A stretch of DNA of 64,000 nt from Macrostomum hystrix (Eukaryota; Animalia; Platyhelminthes). The translations under genes and the position numbers were made by a program. This document shows, piece after piece, positions 14,540-26,769 of the stretch; positions within the stretch are counted from its first letter, which is position 1, and each line of letters begins with the position of its first letter. The stretch lies in the NCBI GenBank assembly GCA_950097015.1, contig CATNEN010000001.1, positions 14,570,001-14,634,000 on the forward strand, read 5' to 3'. The notes under the pieces were generated by a model. The model did not search any database. It was not told the origin of the DNA and saw nothing but the letters and a program-made list of their open reading frames with translations.

Positions 14540-15524
14540 TGTTATAAAAAGTTAGGCATGATTTCTATAGAGAAAAAAACTGAAGTAGACGTTGAAAGAA
14601 ACAGTGTACACTAATTTACAGCATGATATAAAATAGTCAAACTAGTCAAATGCCCGCAAGTGAATTTGTAAGAATTTATTTCTAGCAATTATGAGCAGTT
14701 CTATAGTAAAAGAATGTTGATTGACCTAAGAAAACATTACTTTTACATAGGGAAAAAAGGAACTGATCTATGTGTTTCTATTGTTTAAATTCTTTGCCGC
14801 ATCGAAAACTTATTTTAAAATTACATATTTCCAAGAACTAAGTTTTTGTACCGCTTCCTGATTCACATTTGATTTTAGGTTTAAACTTACAATTCATTGC
14901 CAATTCGAATATGTGACGTATATATGTATTTTAAATTATTTTTCTGTTTTTTCAGTATCCTTTTTAAGCCTCTGCCTAACCGAATTTACAATTTTACTGT
15001 GACCATGTATTTATTGTGATATAATTATGTCATAAATTCTAATCAGATCGTTCTTGTTTCTTATGATTCTGTATGATCACTGGACAGTAATGTTTTGCTA
15101 GGTTGTTTCTATATGTGTAGTTGAAAATAATTATAAATGCATTAGTTTGTATACTATGTCTAAAAAAGACTTTTGCCATTGTAGTACTGAATTTTGTTGA
15201 ATTAGCTTTTTTCAATTATACTTTATAAATAAAGTGTATCAGAAGCAAGTCATTACTCTAAAATTTTCCAAAGCAAATTTAACGTATTAAAATTATATTT
15301 TTTCTTTTAGGGGCTTCAATCGAGGCACAATTTTATTTAGCATACTATGCAAAACAGAAGTTTGTATTATTTTTTAAATAATTGTTACTCAATTAGCAAG
15401 CTCGAATTACACTTGTTTAGCAATTGCTATTTAACAATTTTTACATCAGTTTTTCGTAATTGTGAATAATTTTTTTTCTATTACATTTCTTAGAAGCTTT
15501 CCTGCTACAACAAAACATTTGCAG

Positions 15525-18500
15525 GCGAAGTATTCAGAATTTGTTGGCTCCAATGTCAAGCAGAATGGAGTCGATGACATGGTGCTCATTCCACGAATTA
15601 ATGAGGCGGCAATTACTGATAACTTGAAGATGCGGTTTATGAACAACGCCATTTATGTAAGCGGTGGTTGAGTTTATTAGTTTTTTTCTGAGCCTTTATG
15701 TAATATACTCATTCTGTTTATTTTCAGACCTATATTGGCCCAGTATTGATTGCAGTCAATCCATTCAGGGATGTGCCAATATTTGATGAAAAATACATCG
15801 ACATGTACCAGGGCTCTGTAAGTAGTTTTTTAATTTCATTTTTTCTTAGATTTCTTTCTCCTTGATTTCTATTTGTTTAGCTTCGATGAATTTCGCTATG
15901 CAAATTTAAGGCACTTTTTGAGAACCCGCCGCATATTTATGCCACAGCCGATCATATGTACAGGAGCATGGTGTCGGAAATGGAAAACCAGTGCGTCATT
16001 ATTAGGTGAGATCGGAACTCATTGATTTTTTTACAGCTTCTAATAAAGTTCTGGAGCTGCAGCTATTGTTCACAATGAATGAGAACCAAATATCCTACTT
16101 CAGTGGAGAGAGCGGTGCTGGTAAGACCGTGAGTGCGAAGCTGATCATGAACTATGTCTCCAAGGTGTCCGGAGGCTCTGGCCGAGTAGAAGAAGTCAAA
16201 GAAGTCATTCTGGAATCCAATCCACTTCTGGAGGCCTTCGGAAACGCTAAAACTGTTCGGAATAACAACTCTAGTAGATTTGTACGTTTCTGAGATACGT
16301 TTCTTTCAATGTGAATTTTTTTCGCCTTAAAATGGTAGATTAGGTTCTCGAGGGGGTCGGTGGCAGAGCTGTTAAAGCGTTTGCCTATCGCACCACGGAC
16401 TTACTTGACTTAGCTGCAGGGTGGTCCATGGACGCAGCGGGGAGGCGAGGATCGCCCATACCGCTAACCCCTGTAGGCCCGCAGACAGGCAAGGGCGCGG
16501 GGCCGGTCAGCATCGCACCACGGTCCCTAAGTTCGATTCCACGGCGAGGCCACATTTATTTGGGGCGCAGCCGCGGAAAGAAGGCTGGCGGCTTGTCGTG
16601 CAATTTACGCCCTTGAGGGCCAACCTCCAAGGTTGATTGATTGACTGCCCTGACATCTGCCAGAGCAGTTGTACACACCTGTGTGAGTGTGTGCCCAGGA
16701 GTCAGCGAAATGGGCAGAATTGCCTCCTCGCTGGCTGCGTGTCTAGTGTCACCAAATGATGTGCCATTGCCCGCAGCCCTCCTGCAATTATTATTATTAT
16801 TATTATTATTATCCTGAGTACCATAAAGACAAGAATTAGTTGACTCTTACTCAAAATCTGAATCAAAAGGAAGTTGATTATCCTGATGTTGTCTGAAGGA
16901 CAAACGTGGTAGATAATTATCCGAAAAGTGTGGTCACTGTTGCTAACCATTTTAGGGAAAGTACGTCGAAATTCAATTCAGTCGCGGTGGCGAGCCAATC
17001 GGTGGCAAGATTTCGCAGTTTCTGCTGGAAAAGTCGCGAGTTGTGCTGCAAAACTCAGGCGAAAGAAATTTTCACATCTTCTATCAGCTATGCAGAGGCA
17101 CCAGGCCAGAGATGAAAGGTCGGTTGGGTGCAAGTGTCTAAGCTCTGCCGCTCAAGTGTTTCATACGCGAAGCTGTAATCTTTTGATCTTTAATCTATAT
17201 ATAATTTACCAATAGAGCTAAAGCTCGAATGCTGTTTAGGGCTAAAACTGTGTCTATGACTAGCGCATCGGGAATGTACGCTAAGGTTATCAAACAGTTC
17301 TTCAATCTAAAAAATCTAATCTTTGTTTTTGTTTAACTGAACTGAACGCAAATTTCAGTTTTGTCGGGATGGCTGTTTGAAAGCCGGCGAAATTCTGAGA
17401 TCCATCATTCTATATTTAGGTTTTCAAGTACGGAAGCCCAAATTTAGCAGTTAGGCAAATAAGCTTAATTATTAATCGTGTGATATTATAACTTTATCAG
17501 GTCCTTGAAAAGTCTTTCGCATGTTTACAATCAGTGAATTTGTGGGAGACCTCAATACGTTGGATGTGAGAGGTCATTATGTTATATGTGAGAGGTCATG
17601 TGTTAGATGTAAGAGGTCATGTGTTAGATGTGAGAGGTCATGTGTTAGATGTGAGAGGTCATGTGTTAGATGTGAGAGGTTATTGTGTTAGATATGAGAG
17701 GTCATGTGTTAGATGTGAGAGGTCATGTGTTAGATGTGAGAGGTCATTATGTTAGATGTGAGAGGTCATGTGTTAGATGTGAGAGGTCATGTGTTAGATG
17801 TGAGAGGTCATTGTGTTAGATGTGAGAGGTTATTGTGTTATATGTTAGAGGTCATGTGTTAGATGTGAGAGGTCATGTGTTATATGTTAGAGGTCATGTG
17901 TTATATGTGAGAGGTCATGTGTTAGATGTGAGAGGTCATTTTGTTAGATGTGAGAGGTCATGTGTTAGATGTGAGAGGTCATGTGTTAGATGTGAGAGGT
18001 CATGTGTTAGATGTGAGAGGTCATGTGTTGGATGTGAGAGGTCATGTGTTAGATGTGAGAGGTCATTGTGTTAGATGTGAGAATTCATTGTGTTTGGTTG
18101 TGAAAGATAACTGGCTTTAACTTAATATCGTTGTCTATGTATTCACTTATGACACAATGCTGATGACTGTTGTCACGCACAATTCAACAACATTCGATCG
18201 CAGCCGCATTTAACCTGGCCGGCCCGGAATGCTTCGGCTATCTGAATCAGAGCGGCTCGTTTGATGCTGACGGCATCGATGACGTCAAAGAATTCGGTGA
18301 AACTCTGGTGAGTTACACAGATTTGCGTCTTTGACGAACGCGAAACAACTTTGTTTCATTGTAGTTTGGTGCAATTTTCTCATTGTGTGCGCGCGTGTAC
18401 ATCATTTTCTTTCCATCTACTCTTCTGCTAAGTGAATCGTAACCGAAACATTCGGCCTTTCTAATCTCTTCTATTTTCTATCTATCTCTAGTTTCTATGC

Positions 18501-21500
18501 AGCCTAATTTTTCTTCTGTTCACTCGACAGTTTGCAATGCTGACAGAAGATGTACAGTGTGTACAGTGTGTGTGTGTGTGTGTGTGTGTTTTCTTCGCAT
18601 TTTTCGTCGCAAATTTGCGGAAATGAATCTCTATCAGAAAATTTAAAGCTAAATTGCAAAATACTTCAAGCCTGACTTGCTTTCCTGATCTGCCCTTGAT
18701 ATAGTAAAATTTTGAAGTCAGTTATGGTGATAATGGTGATATTGAATTCGCAATTAGAGAGGGAAAATTGCACTACAATAATGATAAAAAAGTTGATCGA
18801 ACTGATTTACTTACTGAATAATCCCAGAGGATTAAAGTGTGTCAAACTGATCCATTCTACTGATTAATCCCAGAGGGTTAAAGTGTGTCAAACTGATCCA
18901 TTCTACTGAATAATCCCAGAGGGTTAAAGTGTGTCAAACTGATCCATTCTACTGAATAATCCCAGAGGATTAAAGTGTGTCAAACTGATCCATTCTACTG
19001 AATAATATTCTTGGAGCTGTTGGATATTAGAGTGAAGTTAACAGACTGTCGAAATAGTGCTTCAATCAAAAGCGTTGTCTTTCCACAGCATGCCATGGAG
19101 GTGATGGGCATGGACGAATCGGTTCAAGAGGACATCATCAGCGTTCTGAGCGGCATCCTGCATCTGGGCAATGTCCAATTCCGGTCCGCTGGTGGTGGCG
19201 ACAATGTGAACGTTGCCGACATGCGTCAGCTAGAAAGTCCAGCCACCTTCCTGCAGATCGACTCGGACACACTGCGAGCTAAACTGACCAGCCGGCTGAT
19301 GGAGAGCAAGTGGGGCGGCAAGTCCGAGAATATCGACGTGCCTCTGAACCAGGAGCAGGCCAGTTACACCAGGGACGCTCTGGCCAAGGGTCTCTACTCC
19401 AGGCTATTTGACTTTATTGTTGAGGTTGGCCTTTTAAACTTGTATAGTAATCATGTATGCGCATCACCTCACACAATGGTGTGCATCTTAAATGACTTTC
19501 TCATCGCCAGGTACACTCTACACTCGGGCGTAAACAGGGACTACTTAATAATAATATTAACAGGCCTCCTAATAATTGCAGGATCGCTGCGGGCAATGGC
19601 ACATCATTTGGTGACACTAGACCCCTATCTACCTAGGCAATTGTGCACATTCCACTGCCTCCTTATCACATACGCACACAGATACTGTACAGGCAGGGCG
19701 AATATTGCACGAAAAACCCTCCAAAGCCTTCTCTCCGCGGCTGCGCCCCAAATGAATGTGGCCTCGCACCGGAATCGAGCTCATGGACCTTGGTGCGAGA
19801 GGCAAATGCGTTAACCGCTCTCTGCCACCGACCCCCAAGGACTAATTGACTCATTCAAGTATTTCCTAGTGGTCCTTGTGCGTGAATTACCCGAAGATCC
19901 CTCAAGCCTTCTGTGTCCTAAAAACTGAAGACCCAGTCAGGAACTCCTGAAGCCTGAAGCCTGAACCCCAGTCTCAATCCCTGAGGACAGTCCGTGAACG
20001 CGCAGGCACACAGGTGTGTGCATCTGACCTGATACTTTTTCACCCTGTCTTGGAGATTTGCCCTCAAGGACTTCAATTACAAGACAAGCATTCAAGCCTT
20101 CCTGCCAAATGAATGTGGACGTTACCGGACTCACGTTATTTACAGAGCTCTTTGTATGTACCTTTGTAATGCGCATGATTTCTGTGCTCTGTATTTGAAT
20201 CTAATTGAGTCTTCTTGCCCACACCGCGCCCACCCAGTCCGTCAACAAGGCCATGGTGACGCAGGGCAGCGACGTAAACGTCGGCATCCTGGACATCTAT
20301 GGCTTTGAGGTGTTCCGTCAGAATGGCTTCGAGCAGTTCTGCATCAACTATGTCAACGAGAAGCTGCAGCAGATCTTTATCGAGCTGACCCTGAAAGCTG
20401 AACAGGAGGAATATCGCCAGGAGGGCATCCAGTGGTCTGAGATCCAGTACTTCAACAACAAGGAGATCTGCGAACTGATCGAATCCAAGTCTCCGCCAGG
20501 AATATTCTGCGTCCTCGACGACGTCTGCGCCACGGTCCACGCCGTCACGGAGGGCATCGACAGCAAGTTCTGCCAGAAGCTGGCTGGCACTTTCAGCTCG
20601 GTCAGGTGAGTTTTTGTTAAACTGCGTTACTGAAAAAAAGTAAAAATATATATTTGCAGGAGGCAATGGCAAATAATTTGGTGACACTAGAACCGCAGCC
20701 AGCGAGGAGGCAATTCTGTCCATTTGGCTGACTCCTGAACACACACGCACACAGATACCGTACGCAGGCACACACTCACACAGGAGTGTAAATCAGCCCT
20801 GACTTTCTCATCGGCAGGCAGTGTACACTCTCACAGTGCCTTGGAAGTTGGCCCTCAAGGGCGTAAATTTCACGAAAACCCACAAGCATTCTCCGCGGCT
20901 GCGCCCCAAATGAATGTGACCTCGCCTCGGAATCTAGTTCAGGGACCTTGTTGCGAGAGGCGAACACGTTAGACCACTCTGCGGCTGCCCCCTAGTGTGG
21001 ACAAGCCAAAATCCACAGCGTCCACAGTCAGCTGAGTTGACATCCTATGCTCATTTTTATAAAATATATCAGGTACTTCAGCTACTCAACCGACCAGTTC
21101 ACCATCAGTCATTACGCCGGCTCTGTCCAGTACTCGCCTGCCGGCTTCTGCGAGAAGAACCGTGACGCCCTGAACAATGACCTGCTGCTGCTGATGCAGA
21201 GCAGCGCCAGTGCTTTCATACGCGCCCTGTTCCCGGAGAAAGTTCAAGATCGGTCCAGGCCCACTACGGCCGGCACAAAGATTCGAACTCAGGCCAACCA
21301 GCTGGTCAAGACCCTCATGGGTTGCACTCCGCATTATATTCGCTGCATTAAGCCGAACGAGACTAAACGGCCTGGTGATTTCGATGTCGAGCGTGTGAAA
21401 CACCAGGTGATGTACCTGGGCCTGAAGGAGAACATCAACGTCCGACGAGCCGGCTTTGCTTATCGACGACCGTTCGATAAATTTCTCAAACGGTGAGCAT

Positions 21501-24500
21501 TAGACAGTAAATTTTGTATTTTTTCCACGTTTCACACTATTTACACGTCGGACTCAGGACTTAAAGGTCGGGGGTTTGATTCTTGACCTCACTGGGATAA
21601 TTTTTGTACTTTAGCACGGTACTTAACTCGGCATCGCTTCAGTTCACCCAGGTGTTAAATGGGTGCCAGCAATCTAGCCCGATTAGGACACGTGTAATCC
21701 ATTATTTCTTATTTTGTCATGTTGTTTTTAGTTAGTTGCTATGCGGTTGCTATGGTGAATGAACGTGTCTTTTAATTGGCGGATAAAAAAGAGCATTCGC
21801 ATGGATGGCTTGCACTTTTAGATACGCCATCTTAACTAAGGAGACCTGGCCTCAATGGCACGGTGATCCCAAGGAGGGCATCAACCACCTGATGGCCCAC
21901 GTGGCCATGGACCGATCGCAATGGCAGCTGGGCAAGACTAAATTGTTCATCAAGAGTCCCGAGTCTGTGAGTGCTGAGTTTATATAACTCAAAATAAAAA
22001 CCTGACAGAAACTACAGCTTTGTGTCTGAGAGCAGAAGACCAAAATACTAAAGCTCAAAATCAATCTAAACCTAGTCACATGATCAAGACCCAGTCCCTG
22101 AACACCCAGTCCCTGAAGAGCCTGTCCCTGAACAGCCAGTCCCTGAGGATTCAATAACTGAAGAGCCTGTCCCTGAACAGCCAGTCCCTGAACAGCCAGT
22201 CCCTGAACAGCCAGTCCCTGAACAGCCAGTCCCTGAACCCCCAGTCCCTGAAGAGCCAGTCCCTTAACAGCCAGTCCCTGAACATCCAGTCCCTGAACAG
22301 CCAGTCCCTGAACCCCCAGTCCCTGAACACCCAGTCCCTGAACAGCCAGTCCCTGAACACCCAGTCCCTGAAGAGCCAGTCCCTGAACAGCCAGTCCCTG
22401 AACAGCCAGTCCTTGAACAGCCAGTCCCTGAACAGCCAGTCCCTGAACAGCCAGTCCTTGAACAGCCAGTCCCTGAAGAGCCAGTCCCTGAACAGCCAGT
22501 CCCTGAACAGCCAGTCCCTGAAGAGCCTGTCCCTGAAGAGCCAGTCCCTGAACAGCCAGTCCCTGAAGAGCCTGTCCCTGAACACCCAGTCCCTGAACAG
22601 CCAGTCCCTGAAGAGCCTGTCCCTTAACACCCAGTCCCTGAAGAGCCAGTCCCTGACGAGCCAATCCGTGAAGACCTACGGAAGACACCTTATCCCGCTC
22701 CTCAGCTATTCATGCTGGAGGACGAGCGTCAGCGCCGCTTCGACCACTACGCTCGCGTCATCCAGAAGGCCTTCCGCGCTCACAATTCCGATCGGGCAGT
22801 TAGCAATTTGCGGAGTCGAGCTCGCGACCTCTACTACGGCAAAAAGGAGCGGCGCTGGTGCAGCCTGTACCGCCAATTCGTTGGCGACTACATTGGCCTA
22901 GACGAGCAGCCAGGGCCAGTTGCGTGCCTGCGCCGAGAGAAGCTTCTGCGTAAGAAGGACAAAGTTTTGTTCGCCCAGACGGTGGTGAAATACGACCGTA
23001 GATTTCGGCCAGTCAACCGGGACCTGCTGCTCGCTGGCGACAGAGTCAGCATTGTTGGCCGCGAGCTGGTTAAGAAGGGACCCCAGAAGGGTCAGGTTTT
23101 GGAGGTGAGCCTAGTTTTCAAATATTATGTTTATCCTTCTTGTCTGATAGTTGGGATTTTTTAATCACCGAGGGCGAGATCCTAGTTTTACAGGCAAATA
23201 AAACCCATTGTTTGTCAGGCTAGATCCCATTTTTGACACGTTAGATCCCCTCATTTAACAGGTGAGATCCACCTAATTTACAGGTGAGATCCACCTAATT
23301 AGCAGGTGAGATTCCCTATTGACACATGAGATCCCTTTATTTGACAAGTAAGATTCCCTATTTGATAGTTAGGATTCCCTCATTTAACAGATAAAATCCC
23401 ATTATTATGAGGGGGGTCTGTGGCAGAGCGGTTAACGCGTTTGCCTCTCGCACCAAGGTCCTTAAGTTCGATTCCACGGCGAGGCCACATTCATTTGGGG
23501 CGCAGCCGCGGAGAGAAGGCTTGGGGGTTTTCGTGAAATTTACGCCCTTGAGGGCCAACTTCCAAGGCACAGTGAGTGTGTACACTGCCTGACGATTAGA
23601 AAGTCAGACCAGATGTACACACCTGTGTGAGCGTATGCCTACGTAAAGTATCTGTGTGCGTGTGTGCTCAGGAGTCAGTGAAAAGGGCAGAACTGCCTCC
23701 TCGCTGGCTGCGGGTCTAGTGTCACTTAAAGACGTGCCATTGCCCAAAGCCCTCCTGCAGTTAATAATATTTTATATTACTCGTTAAGATCCCTTTATTT
23801 AACATGTGAGATCCCTCTTTTGAGCACGCTAGATCCCCTCTCTTGACATGTGAATTCCCTTTTTGGGCACGTGAGTTCCCATTTTTTGCTAAGTAGGATT
23901 GCCCTCACTTGATAACTGATTTTCCTTGTCGCACCTATCAGGTGGTGAAGCGGTCAGTTCAACTGTCGGACATTCTCTCATTGCACCTGTCGCCCTATCA
24001 AGACGGCTTCCTGGTGATGAAATGCCGCGACGGAGACGACTCTATTCTGGAAGTCGCGTGCAAAACAGAGCTGCTGCTTCTGCTGCTGGAGCGGAAGCCG
24101 GACTTAAAAATTGAGTTCGGCACCAGCGTGGATTTCTCGCTGCCGAAGCGGGGCATTTTGGGCAAGGCCAGCAGGCGGGTGAATTTTGTCTGCGACAGGG
24201 CCCGGGTGCGACAGCCGGCATCGGTGCACGACCGCATGGTGGCCAGGGACGAGTCTGCTCGAGTCGTGCTCAAGTCTTCCGGCATCGGTTAGTTATGAAA
24301 TCCAAGATCTTGACAGTGCTTTGACAACGAAAACGATTTGGGAGGTGTTGATTGACTACTCAAACTGGGGATTGATAAGGTATTGATTGACTACTCAAAT
24401 TGAGGATTCCAGAGGTGTTGATTGACTACTCAAACTGGGGATTGATAAGGTGTTGATTGACTACTCAAATTGAGCATTCCAGAGGTGTTGATTGACTACT

Positions 24501-25503
24501 CAAACTCGGGATTGATAAGGTGTTGATTGACTACTCAAACTGGGGATTGATAAGGTGTTGATTGTGTCGGACCCTCTTCCCTGAGCTAGAATCCTCGGTG
24601 AGGCCACATTCATTTGTGACGCAGCCGCAACAGAAGAAGGTTTTTCGGCTTGTCCGATTTAGGCATGACTCCCATTAGAGCCAAGTCCCCACGGCTCAAT
24701 GAGATGTCTGTGCGTCTGTGTGCTCAGGGATCAGTGTACCAGAACCGACTCAAAAAAACGTTTAGGAGGCGGCGGCGGCCTCACGGTCACTGTCGGCTGC
24801 GGCCTGTCGAATACCACAGACGCTTCTGGTCCTCGCTCCAAGCAAGTCACTAGCGGCGGTGCAGGGCATCAGCGCCAGCCGCAGCCTCAGATCATCGACT
24901 CCCGACTGCCACCAGCCGGCCAGCTGCCTACGGCCAGGCGACGGTCTCGCGCCGGCCAGGACAACAAAGGCGTCGGCGACAATCTTCAGCGCCAGATTGC
25001 TCAGCGTCGCCAGAGTTCGACGACTGGCGCCAGCGGCAAGCTACCGAAGCCGGCGCCGACTCCGCAGCAGCGACAGCCACGAGGCACGGCGGCGGCAGCA
25101 GGTGGCGAGGACCCGAACCCGCCACCGATACTAACCGAGAGCGTCCTGTACCAGGTGGTTCAGAAGCCACCGAGCCACAATCCGCCACCGAGGCCGCCTG
25201 TGCCGCGGCAGAAGCCTCCGCCGCCGCCAGCCGCCGCAGTGCCCCGCTGCGTCGCCCTGTGGGCTTACGACGCCCAGGACACGAATGAGCTGAGCTTCAA
25301 TGTGGACGATGTCATGGAGATTGTCAAGAAGGGTGAGTTTTTCTTGACTTACGCACATTTTTCTATGACAAAAGCTGTGCATTTCTACTATGAGTAGGTC
25401 AATCGGCATTAAAATTCGCCCTCTCGCAGATTCCGCTTGGTGGCACTGCCGGCTGCACGGCCGAGAAGGCCTCCTGCCCTCGAACTATGTGCGCGAGCTG
25501 TAA
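15525..25503 (+). CDS. MYO1E: Long-tailed unconventional myosin-I (MYO1E/MYO1F-like: motor, IQ, TH1, Pro-rich TH2, SH3); exons 15525-15656, 15728-15817, 15911-16005, 16104-16281, 16956-17118, 18204-18307, 19089-19424, 20238-20605, 21073-21492, 21822-21966, 22706-23104, 23942-24287, 24766-25332, 25430-25503
   Basis: Motifs GVDDMVL, P-loop [72 protein letters not shown]1 GKKERR/KYDRRF, and SH3 [15 protein letters not shown]...[18 protein letters not shown]. All junctions are GT-AG and in frame (3417 nt). No genomic initiator Met was found. Confidence 0.95.
16351..16812 (+). mobile_element. SINE family A copy interrupted by a nested 113-bp insertion
   Basis: A box TGGCAGAGCTG, B box GTTCGATTCC, (ATT)n tail; the insert lies between duplicated ATCGCACCACGG. 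Confidence 0.88.
16399..16511 (-). mobile_element. Short retroposed insert (probable 3' end of a non-LTR element) with a 12-bp TSD
   Basis: TSD ATCGCACCACGG at 16387-16398 and 16512-16523; on the minus strand it ends in TAAGTCAAGTAAGT. Confidence 0.7.
17560..18090. repeat. 21-22-bp minisatellite (GTGAGAGGTCATGTGTTAGAT) in a myosin intron
   Basis: Direct tandem copies. Confidence 0.95.
18810..19005. repeat. 46-bp tandem repeat, ~4 copies, in a myosin intron
   Basis: Unit CTACTGAATAATCCCAGAGGATTAAAGTGTGTCAAACTGATCCATT. Confidence 0.9.
19546..19836 (-). mobile_element. SINE family A copy with an internal deletion
   Basis: Shares the tRNA-like head and 3' end with the other copies. Confidence 0.85.
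20655..20992 (-). mobile_element. SINE family A copy
   Basis: Reverse complement of 23411-23770. A more decayed fragment lies at ~19990-20130. Confidence 0.85.
21545..21680 (+). mobile_element. Degenerate second SINE family with a CORE/V/Meta-SINE-like central domain
   Basis: B-box-like GGTTTGATTC followed by GTACTTTAGCACGGTACTTAACTC and CAGTTCACCCAGGTGTTAAATGGGTGCCAGC, which resemble conserved SINE central domains as I recall them. Confidence 0.45.
22090..22670. repeat. 15-bp minisatellite (CCAGTCCCTGAACAG) in a myosin intron
   Basis: Direct tandem copies; source of the QGLAV/RDWLF/NSQSL ORFs. Confidence 0.95.
23411..23770 (+). mobile_element. tRNA-derived SINE (family A), full length ~360 bp
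   Basis: Head GGGGGGTCTGTGGCAGAGCGGTTAACGCG...GTTCGATTCC with Pol III A and B boxes, a unique body, and an AT-rich tail. At least 5 good and 2 decayed copies occur in the window. Confidence 0.88.
24330..24565. repeat. 35-bp tandem repeat (GGTGTTGATTGACTACTCAAACTGGGGATTGATAA), followed by a decayed SINE A fragment (~24590-24740)
   Basis: Direct tandem copies in a myosin intron. Confidence 0.88.
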
Positions 25504-26492
25504 CTGGGGATACGGTGATGTTGAGAAGCTTGCTCTTTGTTTACTGACTTTTTGTCCTCTCCTGCTGAAAATTCGGATTCAAGCAAAGCTCTTAGTTTAG
25601 TGGGCCTTCCATTTTTACTATTTTTACTACTAACAATATTATTCCCGTTTATTCCTGTTGATTTTTTGTTTTACTCCTGTTTAGAAAATATTAAACGATT
25701 CGATTATTTGATATGATTTTTACTCTGTTCTGGAGGGAAATAGATCTATTTGACATATACAACATTTTTTAACTTCAAGATAATTATTTGTTTTTACCAC
25801 TGTACCTTTGAAGTTTACTTCACAATTAAATTTTTGGTGATTGATCTCCGATTCGTCCGATTGTTATTTAATGTAATAATTTGTAAATTCGTAATTGTAA
25901 GTACTTAATTTCGCTCAACGGGCAATCCGATAAAACATTAATACCTAATAACTAATATGATTTATGTATCTCTATTTTCCAGGCTGTGACATTATGTGTC
26001 TTCTATCCCAAACAAAAATTCCTACGCTGTGCCTTTTCATTCGAATCACTGTCGATTGTTAATTTTGTTTGTTTATGCTAAAAAACAGTACAGCTGGTGT
26101 CTTGGTCATATTAATTTATTGTTGTTTATTCGGTCTTCAATACTTTCGTTTTGTGCTCTCACTCGCCAATACCTTGGCTAACTTCTCGGTTTTACCTGTC
26201 TAGCCTAGCTGTGACTGACCATTTCTTGTGTATTTTCGCACTGTTAGATTCTTTTCTCGAAAACAATCTTTCCTGAGGTTAATATGACAAGATAAAAAAA
26301 TAATATTGATTTACCAACAAAATAAACACATTATTCAAATACTGCTGGTTTGCCATTGCGTCGTAAACTTAAAAAAATCACCCACCGTTAAGATTAAATA
26401 CAATTAGCCTTGCATGGACATAGTTAAAAAACTCTATTATCATTGATTTATGATGTTGATTTCGAGTGGACGAAAAAGTACTATAAACATAT

Positions 26493-26518
26493 TTATTTGC
26501 CCTAAAAAGGGCCGTTTC
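26493..26518 (-). terminator. Histone mRNA 3' stem-loop-like element (GAAAC GGCCCT TTTT AGGGCA AATAA)
   Basis: Matches the SLBP-binding consensus apart from a mismatch at the base pair of the stem; the ACCA 3' flank is absent. Confidence 0.5.
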
Positions 26519-26769
26519 ATTATCGACTATCTGTACTGGTGTGGATAATTCTTAGGGATAAGATAATCTGCAGGCTAAAAATTGAAACAGCCTAAATATG
26601 CATAACTTGGTAACTTGGCAGACTATAGTAATTGGATCCTGCAAATCGAATGTTCATTTTATGTTTTTTGGCAACAGGTTTTAAGCTTTATAAAAAACAA
26701 AAAAATGTAACGAAATTTAAAACAAGCTTAAGCAACATTTGCGTACACGTCTCTGTGCGTAGAAAGCAT

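Noticed and set aside
23411-23490. tRNA gene
   Set aside because: A and B boxes are present, but the cloverleaf stems are broken and the sequence is always attached to the same SINE body.
23695-23708. SINE A contains GCCTCCTCGCTGGC, matching the P3/L3 of the genomic HDV ribozyme as I recall it
   Set aside because: I could not build P1, P1.1 or P2 around it. The following bases pair instead with the downstream hairpin arm. A covariance or RNArobo search would settle it.
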